Source: Gonapodya sp. JEL0774 (Eukaryota). From it: DNA of 32,436 bases. The DNA lies in NCBI GenBank assembly GCA_027604505.1, contig JADIIX010000194.1:1-32436 (forward strand), given 5' to 3'. Of the stretch, positions 1 through 8,230 are shown piece by piece. A program made the position numbers and the translations under genes. Numbering within the stretch: position 1 is the first letter of the stretch; each line of letters starts with the position of its first letter. The notes under the pieces are model-generated. The model was not told where the DNA came from and made no database searches. It saw only the letters and a list, made by a program, of their open reading frames with translations.

Positions 1-408
1 CTCTCCTCTCTCCTCCTGTCTTGACCAGAGGCAGGAGCACCACACACAGCCCACCTCCCTGTGTGCCCACTGTCTGGAAAGACAAGGAAAAGTTGGACTT
101 TTAAAGGAATTTTGCGAGGGTTTTGCCACTGGTGCCTCACTTGCGTCATGCCTAAAAAAAGGCAAGGGATGACTTGGCCTCTCAGCTGGGAAACAGTTCT
201 CATATGAGAAAATCTCGAGGAAGAAATGTAATGAAAGCCTCAACCAAATTGTGATTCATGTCACAATACCACAGTTTGAGGTTACGCTGAGAATACCTTC
301 CAAATTGCATTTGGACTGGACAAGTAAAAATTTGTGCAACGGGGTTGTGCAATTTTTACTTGTCCAGTCCAAAAATGCAAATTTGATACAAGTAGCAGAA
401 ATCCAAAC

Positions 409-985
409 ATGGGATATACCACTCAGCAACTCCATGCGTGCAAGATGTTGAGGCGAAAAGGCAAAGTTCCAACGCGGTTGCTTGCTGAAGCATTTGGCGT
501 CTCCCCAAGGACCATAAGAACATGGATCGCATCGCCAGTTGTAAGCAGCTCATCCGCTGGAAGACCCCGAGGCCAAAAACGGAAGTGTGCTATGGACTTG
601 GAGCATCAGATTTGCCAGTGGATGATTGCTGATCCCTCACACCGACAATTGGATCCAGCTTGATGGGTTTCCGACTCTTTTGGAATTGAAATTACTCAGC
701 AGACCATCGGTAACATTCTCAGGAGTAACTGCATCACCAAGAGAAGCTCTCTACGTTGCTCCTGAGGCAACTGGGAGAGTGAGCGAGATACAAGCTTTTC
801 AGGAACAGATGAGAAGTCTACTGCATAGCACTTGGATGGCCATGGGTGAAGGTGGATTTAAGCTCGATGAAGATCCACGTTATAGCTATTCCAAAAAGGG
901 AGAATCTGCTCTATTTGCGAAACCCAAGTCCAAGGGCAAAGAACACTATACCCTTTTGCTCTGCCTTTGCTACTCTGAGCCCCCC
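409..985 (+). pseudogene. Decayed IS630/Tc1-mariner-family DDE transposase (N-terminal half)
   Basis: ATG at 409 gives MGYTTQQLHACKMLRRKGKVPTRLLAEAFGVSPRTIRTWI...GRPRG (HTH plus GRPR motif). After TGA 661-663 the same frame reads WVSDSFGIEITQQTIGNILRSNCITK (second HTH). A frameshift near 740 leads to WMAMGEGGFKLDEDPRYSYSKKGE...PKSKGKEHYTLLLC, matching the IS630 DDE_3 pattern (DExGF...YxYSxKG...YTLI), with the first catalytic Asp read as Gly (ggt 845-847). The remainder of the DDE domain is absent. Confidence 0.8.
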
Positions 986-1019
986 ACGCATCAGCAACGT
1001 ACTTCCAACGTTTTACAGA

Positions 1020-2325
1020 GCCCAATGTTTGGAAGTGGGTCAATCTTTGATGGTGTGACCTCTACTGCAGATGGAAGGGTGCATGGCACAAGGACTCAAG
1101 CATGTTCAAAAACACATTTGCTCGCCTCTTCCAACAATACCACCCTTGAAAACCCAAACAGAGAAGGCAAATGAGCCAAAGTTGATGTTCCCTCTTATAC
1201 TGCTCAACAAGAAAGGTTTTGTTTCAGTAATGAGGGATCTGATTGTGTTAAAATGGAAGAACATGACACACATTTTGAGGGCTGGAAAGGGATTATCCTG
1301 GACTCTGTGAGTAACAGAGGTATCAGGAACTACTGGATTGATCCCAACAGAAAGGGGGTAATGGTTATGATGACCATTGATGACAATGTCAGGATCCAAT
1401 TACTCACTACAACAGAAAGGGATCAAAAGGCAGAGCAATTGGCCAAAAAAATGCAAGCTGCTACATCTGCTGATCCCAAGGGCAAAGGGAAGGCAGTTAT
1501 TGGTAGTGGAGTAAAGGGCAAGACTGGAAGTATGTTGAGGTACCTCCACATAAAGCTGAGATCATCAAGACCATCACCAATAATTACTACCATCAAAAAT
1601 GTGGGGCACCACATTGCAAGATGGACTATGAATCATCTCAAGTCACATGTTATTATGGGTGACTATGAGAGCTTGGCCAGGGAGGTGAGGAAGATCCAAA
1701 CTGATGAAGTGAGAATGACAACAACACCAAGCACTTCTACTGGAACTGGAACTAGCAGAGGAAGAGGAAAAGGGAGAGCAAGACAGTCTGCAAGTGTGCT
1801 ACCAGGCAGTATTACTGCTTTTGAATCTCAGATTGAATCCAAGAGGACCTTTGATCTGGCACAATTCCAGAAGCACCTTCAATCTGTGGGAGATCAGTGG
1901 CAAGATGCTGTAGAATTTTACTTCCATGATGTTTTCCACCACCTGAAGTTCCAGACACATGGAACAGCCATGCAAGCTCGTCAGGAGATCATTAAAGAGC
2001 TGTTTCAAAAGCAAGCTCAAAGTGATTCAACAAATATCACTCCAAATTTAATTCACCAGAACGTGGTGGTGTTATCTTTCAGGTGCATTATGGTGATGCA
2101 AGATTCAATGTTTCTAGCAAAGGACATGCTCCTAGTGCCCATAACCTCTTTAGAGATGATATAACGAAATGAAAAGAAACTTGCGCCTTGTGTGGACAAC
2201 TGTTTGCTCAAGGCGCTGATGATAAAGACATTGAACTCAGAGGGCCTTGTTAGAAACATGTGCTGGGTTATACCACATACCAACATTGCAAGCACAACAA
2301 CAAGGTCTCAGCTGCCATCACCATC
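1020..2325 (+). pseudogene. Decayed Fanzor1-like (eukaryotic TnpB-derived RuvC) nuclease, C-terminal part
   Basis: Ordered motifs: FDGVT (~1046-1060, TDGVS-like); WIDPNRK (1334-1354, RuvC-I DPG-like); ITNNYYHQKCG (frame +1, within 1561-1605); FESQIESKRTFDLAQFQKHL...EFYFHDVFHHLKFQTH...QARQEIIKELF; after a frameshift near 2005-2020, VHYGDARFNVSSKGHAPS (2083-2136); CALC (2182-2193); YQHC (2278-2289); VSAAITI (2305-2325). Stops at 1172, 2023, 2170 and 2251. Confidence 0.72.
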
Positions 2326-2329
2326 TCAT

Positions 2330-3840
2330 TTGACGATGCGCTGAATGACAGGATGGGGAATGTGGCAAATGGTGATGGTTCCAGTTGCTACTGTAGCATT
2401 GGGGGGTCCTCGGAGCTTGATGCTCTTGCAGTGGCAGTGGTGGTGGTTGGGGTGGTTGTGGTGACTTGCATTTCAGTGAGGTTGGTGAATGTGCCGCCAG
2501 CTTTTCCAGTCCTGTCAAATGTTCTTTTGGTTCTGATAGCACACTGCCTGACCTGCCACATTACATCCTGGACTCTGGCCTGTCCCATCACAACCTCCTC
2601 CTGTGCTGTTCGTGTTCCCCAGATTTTCTGGTGACTTGTTTTGACCACAGCCACCTCCCTGTCTTTTGTCACAACCTTGTGGTGGCAGTTGCATCACTTT
2701 TGACTTCCAAATCTTAGGTGTCATTTGCATGAACTCTGGCTCTGGTTTTAACAGCTTCCCTCCTGGTTCCTGCCTCGCAGGAATGTCCCATTCATGCCTA
2801 TTGGCTAACGGTGGGTAAATTGACGTTTCGAGTGGCTGATGCCCAACAGAAAGTCCTTGAAATGGTCCGACATGATGTTCAACTGATTCTTTCCAGTGAG
2901 CGCAAGAATTTGTGTTCCATCTGGTCCCAGTGCTTTGTGAACATTTCCATTAATTGTTTCTCCACGTGCTGCTGTAGCAATTGTGCTTGTCGTGGTGTGT
3001 ACCATCCCTGGTCTCGAAACGCTGTACGTTTGGAACACTGCCCACATCAGATTGTCACTTTCTTTCTTGTTTTCTCCATCATCCCATTTGTCACTGTTCA
3101 CGTGAGATACCATACTATCCATGAATTCATGTCCGAGACCAATGGCAACTGCAGTGACTGCACCCAGAGTTTGTGTTCAAGCAGCAGGCACTGTTATGCC
3201 TTCATTCTGTTTTGCATCCTATGCCACACTCTCTTCCTCCATAAGCACACTTGCACACCAATTTGCTGGGCCTGCAGTTGTTTACCCCAACAACTCTGCC
3301 ACCCAATGCAGCTGACGCACAAAGTAGCAAGCCTCCTTGCCTGGACGATGCCTTGGAAGCATTGGTTTGCAAGCAACACAGAACCCCTCAGGGTCTTGTT
3401 GCTGCTTCAGATGTCAGGTTGTTGTGTTTTCGTTTCACGTGTTGCAACGGTATGTCCCGCCGGCATCACAATAGCCTTCTGTGCCTGAAGCACTGCTACC
3501 TGCTGCACTGCACACGCTACCTTCTCGCCTCCTTTTCCGCCAGATCCATTGACATCTGCACCTTGCAAAGCACTAACTCCCGTTCCAACTTCGCCAATTC
3601 TAACTCACACGTTATTTGCAGTGACCTTTGCCTGCGCTTTGTCCACTTTCTTCTTCCACACCGCTGCACTGTTTTAGCGTCCTTTGTCGGCGCGCAACTG
3701 CCAGTAGCACCTAATGGCGCAGACCGACGCAATCAATTGGGAGCCGGGTGGGGGGGGCTATATATTGGAGAGGTTGATGGGTCCTTTGGCCTTTGCAGCC
3801 GACCCCGAGGATTTGCTGGTGGGCACTAAGTGGAGAGCCA
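2330..3840 (-). pseudogene. Possible decayed coding sequence of unknown family (coiled-coil-like fragments), probably repeat-derived
   Basis: Minus-strand protein-like fragments broken by stops and frameshifts (VDKAQAKVTANN / ELELAKLERELVLCKVQMSMDLAEKEARR; MDSMVSHVNSDKWDDG...HFKDFLLG; a Thr-rich tail). CpG-poor like the adjacent element. No recognisable motif. Confidence 0.3.
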
Positions 3841-4198
3841 TGGCGGGGCGGAAAGTGGACGGAGCGGGCCAACTAGGGCTTTTGTGTGACTTTCGGGTGT
3901 TGGTTGACGATGTGGTTGATGCCGTATGAGATTTCAGAGTTTGAACGGTGCGATGAGTGTGGATGGATGGATGATCGGAGGCTGCAAACAGAGGCCTCAG
4001 CTCTGTGACAGGATAAGCGGGAACAACAGTCGTCATCCCAACTGTGATGTCCCGTACTAGACAGCACTTGCATATCTCGTGATATGTCAGATGAGATGCA
4101 TCCTACAGATGTAGTGTGCCTGACTGTGGTCACCCACTAGGTTTCGGTTGCCCACCAATAACGAACAACACTTTACCATTTTCTCCTTCATAACGGAG

Positions 4199-6495
4199 AT
4201 GCAGGATGCCGAAGAACATGACTTCATTCTGCTGGGAACTGATGTCACCTTGGCGATCCTTGCGGCGTGCGTCTGCACTTGATTCGCTCTGTCTCTCCAA
4301 TATTTGAACAGTTTCTGTTCATTTGCTTCCATTAGAGCGCTATCACGATCGGGAAAGTCCGTTCTTCATATTGATTCGAATAATTTTTACGGAGGAAATG
4401 ATCCTGCTTTCAACTTCAAGGATGTCCTCCTTTGGCTGGCAAAGAATGCTGATCGTCCACAGATTGACTCTTTCCAAGGATTGACTCCACGCCATCACCT
4501 CGAAGCCGAAAAAGTTTTCGACTCATTCTCCGCTCAAGTCTATCCAGACCCGGAAGTGCTACTCTCTCTCTCGCCGTTTGTGAGCTCCCAGACATCTGGT
4601 GATCAGGCATCATCGTCATTCACGCCAGGACATTTCTTCGATATAATGAAGGGCGCACAGAAAGATGTAGACGATTTTTTGAGCCACAACGTGCATTTGG
4701 ACTCGCTTCTGTGCTCTCTTTCTGTTCAGTTGACGGGCACAAATGGTGAACCGTTGAACTTGCCGGACACTCCCACCCTGCTTTTTTCGCACCCGTCGGT
4801 TATCGAAACGGTTGCCAAAACGTCGACTTTGTCGAAACTTATCCAGCGAAGTCGCAGCTTTCACTTGGAAATCTCACCGAGAATAATGTTGTCACGGGGG
4901 CCTCTCATTAACACAGTCGTCACATCCGGCGTAGGGCGGTACATGGATTTCAAGATACTCGAACATTTGCAAATTTATCAAGATGGCGGCGTGAGCAAGG
5001 TAGAAATGTTGAATAGCTCGTGGATTTCGACGGATCGCCACGCGTCAAACCTATATCTCGGTTGCGCAGGTTCCCTTTTCAAAGGAGGATGTGTTCACCA
5101 GCTCTGTACTGTCATTACCGGAAAAACGCCGTCTAATGCGCTTGTTGACATCATTATCAGACCCATCCCAAGAGTTTGTTGGTCGGTGCTTTGCAGTTCT
5201 CCAAACAATCCCACAACCGCATTTGATTGATTTTTTTTCGATTATATGGAGATCCCAACATACCACTCGACAGCTTTTTGACTCGTCAGAATCTGAACCC
5301 AAAGATCAAGCAAACCATCTCTAACGCGATCGCCCTACCCACTTCCTATCGGAAAACCGAAGCTGGTGAATGACGGCGCAGATGTGACGGGAAAGTATCT
5401 TATACAAATTTCATCTCTGGTGTGACTCCCAGTGTCAGCAAAGGCCGGCCTCGTCAACACGAGAATGTTTTTGCAGTCGATCGGAGTTTATGGGCCGTTG
5501 CCGTTCCTTTGCCCCATGTATGGTGGCGGCAGTGAATTGTCGCAAGCGTTTTGCCGGTATATGCACGCGTCTGCTTTGATACTTCTGCTTTGCCAATGAC
5601 ATGTCTTGTTGCAGTCTGAGTGCGGTGTACGGCGGGACCTACCTCTTGAACTACAAATTCGACCGCGTAGAACTTCCTACTAGAGATGAAGATCTGTTCA
5701 TGGTGTACGGCAGCGATGGTCAGACCTGGAAAGGTCGTCACGTGATTGCGTCGCTAGACTACACATTCAATTCTGAAAGACCGATGTGAGTTGGAAAAGA
5801 CGACAGATTCTTGGGCTACTCCACCTTTGATATGCCAGTTTACCTTCTGGTGATCCACATTAAGCTCTTCGGATTCATTCCTGTCGCGAGCATTGGTGGT
5901 GGCGCGAACACACCAGTCAGATTTCTCGCTGCAACAGCGTTTAGTAGTTGTTCCAGCTGCAGAAGCGGGAAATGAGAACAGGGTAACTGTTGTGCAGTAT
6001 GGAGAGGCCATTGGTGCGACTCCAGAAGGATATTGTAGGCAATTCCTGCTGCGACTGACTTGTCAGGCTGTTGTTAAACGCTCTGTCTTCCTAGGTGCGT
6101 TGTACTTTACATCTGAGCACAGCCGGAGCCCACAGAAAGATCTGGCTTCGACTATCGAGAAGTTTGTGTCATTTGATTGCACCATCTCTGATTCGGAAGG
6201 TACATTCGAATGTGCCATTGAATTAATCTCAGTCACACCTCACCTGATCTTGTCATTTTGATAAGCGATGCAACCTCTTCCAGTGGCGTGCTTCGTCATT
6301 TACTACCGGCAGAGGGTAAGGCAGGGTTACCATGAAGCTTTGGGACTTCGAAGAAATCAAATCTTCAACTGCTCAGACTCTCCACCAACACTGGACTTGG
6401 ATGATTGTGTAGGAGCGGCGCAAGCCCTTTTCCATGAACTTTTAGGAGGAGATGCAATATTTCTTCCTCCCATACCACAAGAAAACGATGAATGA
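4199..6495 (+). CDS. MRS6: Rab escort protein (Rab geranylgeranyltransferase component A; REP/CHM/Mrs6, GDI superfamily), multi-exon
   Basis: [43 protein letters not shown] (intron 4267-4335), followed by a long REP-type insert, then [49 protein letters not shown] and [35 protein letters not shown]. The C-terminus [11 protein letters not shown] ends at 6495. Confidence 0.9.
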
Positions 6496-6520
6496 CAACT
6501 AAGATCTATTCTAAAACAGA

Positions 6521-8103
6521 CTATCGTGCAACTCGGCGTGGAGGGTTTGGTAGCTTAAATGGAACATGCAAAGAAGCAAGCAATGTCGTAGTACCGTCGT
6601 CTGCAGTTATGGGTTGCAACTTGCAGCCCATGGCGCGGCAAAGCTCAGAGAGTCTGAAAAGATGGAGATCAAATTGGTGGAGGACGAATAATTGCGTTAG
6701 TTAATATGGAGACTCAATACAGATTACGTTCCTCTCACTTCTTTAACGAAAGTTTGAGGGAGGATGACAGCGCCGACAGGTTGATTTTGAATCCGCAAAG
6801 GTGCAGGAGAGATGCCAAAACATAGCAACAGAGTTTGTCTTGCTGTTTTGGAGGAGACGAATATGCCCTGAGATACGATACCATGAGACTAAGAACTTTC
6901 AGAGCAGAGTCATAAGTGATGGCTGTGCTCACTTCTTTTCATCTTTTGCTTGCAAGAAGCGTGCCGCCAAGCCTTCGAAGACAGCGATCGGTGCCCCGAC
7001 TTTTGCTCGAACTTTCGTCGCATCATCGAGCAGCTTTGTGTTGACTATAGATAACAGTTTAAGCATGTAGCTCGTGTGAACAAGTTGCTTCAGATGGTCT
7101 TTGGAACGACTTGCACTAGGCAGTTGGAGATGATCATGGAAAAGTGAATACACGGCACTCTCTTGGTATATGCTGTGACCCGAAGAAACTGCCATTGGCG
7201 TAAGCGAATCAAACATGAGCTCTCAGTTCCCACCGAGCACTGACCCATTCTCCTCCAAAAGTCGACCAGGACCATCCCTGGTCTCTCGAAGAAACTTCAG
7301 GACGGGAATCTGCTGCATTTCAAGCACAGGGTGGAGGTGTTCCAACGGATAAATCTGTTCCACTGTACCAGCAGCCTGTTCCAAGGGAGGAAGCACACTG
7401 GTGACAGACTCAACATCACCAGATTCCGCATCCATGTGGGTCTGTGCACTTAGAGCGTCCAGAACTTCAGTTGATGTACTCTCAGCGTTCACTTGATTGC
7501 GGGCATACGCGCGAATGGCCTGCTGGCGTTTGCGCGACCCGAACGTCTCACCCAGCTGGTTGCGGGCTGTGAAGTTCTACAAGATCAAAATAACCTGCCA
7601 GTGCTTTTTTTCGATCAGGAATGTCTTGCTTTGGCTGCCCTCACCTTGGTCCGCACGGTTTGAGAGTCATCTCCCAGAGGGTCTTCACCAATTGTTTTCA
7701 CATGCTGTCGCACTTCGAACATTCGTGTCTCCTTCAGCGTCATGGCATTGGTCTTTCGATTGTATATTCCAATGATGTACCTGAAAAAGCAATCACCATT
7801 CAAAGAACTCGAGTGGTCACGAAACGCTGATGCGAACTCACCTCTCGTGAGGCACATCTGTTCCAACAAATGCAACCCGTCCACCGTCCCCGACAACTTC
7901 GAGTCGCCTTCTCTTCGGTGCGGGACCAGGAGAAGCGTCAAGTGAACCGAAGAGGGAAAACTGCGAACCTTCGCCGACATTGAGAGCTGGGAAGGAAGCT
8001 GTTGGTTTGCTTGTGAGCTGCGAAGAACAAGCTGAAGCAATCGACGTCACAAGGTACCCAAGAATGGTCCTTGTTCGTCATCTGCTCCTCGTTTGAAGTT
8101 CAT
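6521..8103 (-). CDS. RPA49: RNA polymerase I subunit A49 (RPA49/POLR1E), multi-exon; start codon uncertain
   Basis: GPFLASFP; YIIGIYNRKTNAMTLKETRMFEVRQHVK; NQLGETFGSRKRQQAIRAYARN; LPPLEQAAGTVEQIYPL; KLCCYVLASLLHLCGFKINLSALSSSLKL. Last exon LSELCRAMGCK...ASLHVPFKLPNPPRRVAR*, with the stop at 6521-6523. Confidence 0.85.
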
Positions 8104-8230
8104 TGGGATAACCTTTCTCTTGTCGTGCCCGTGGCCGCGCACTTCCTCACTTAAAATCCTAGCCCCAACACCCACAACCAGACGTCAAAATATATTCGCA
8201 CACCCTCCCGTAACCCAGCTCTCTCATGGA
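8104..8230. promoter_or_regulatory. Very short divergent (bidirectional) promoter region between RPA49 and SET2
   Basis: Inferred from head-to-head start codons about 127 nt apart. Both starts are inferred. Confidence 0.45.

Larger units (their letters stand above)
409..2325 (+). mobile_element. Relic Tc1/IS630-type DNA transposon carrying a Fanzor-like gene (internally deleted; ends not defined)
   Basis: Transposase and Fanzor-like remnants are co-oriented and abutting inside a CpG-depleted block. No TIR or TA target duplication could be identified by eye. Confidence 0.62.

Noticed and set aside
1..408. Terminal inverted repeat / TA target duplication of the transposon
   Set aside because: No matching inverted sequence was found by eye downstream of the element, and decay makes single-copy detection unreliable.
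2022..2082. Intron explaining the frame change in the Fanzor-like gene (gtgatt...tttcag)
   Set aside because: The splice phase does not restore the YGDARF frame, and the only in-phase GT gives a 20-nt intron. A frameshift is more parsimonious.
1253..2164. 303-aa ORF as an intact functional gene
   Set aside because: It lacks the N-terminal region, its C-terminus runs out of frame before the YGDA/CxxC motifs, and an internal segment appears to be in another frame. It is a pseudogene fragment.
2811..3829. Cys-rich plus-strand ORFs (225 aa and 192 aa) as metal-binding proteins
   Set aside because: The Cys/His richness is explained by TpG/CpA excess from CpG decay and antisense reading of the minus-strand relic.
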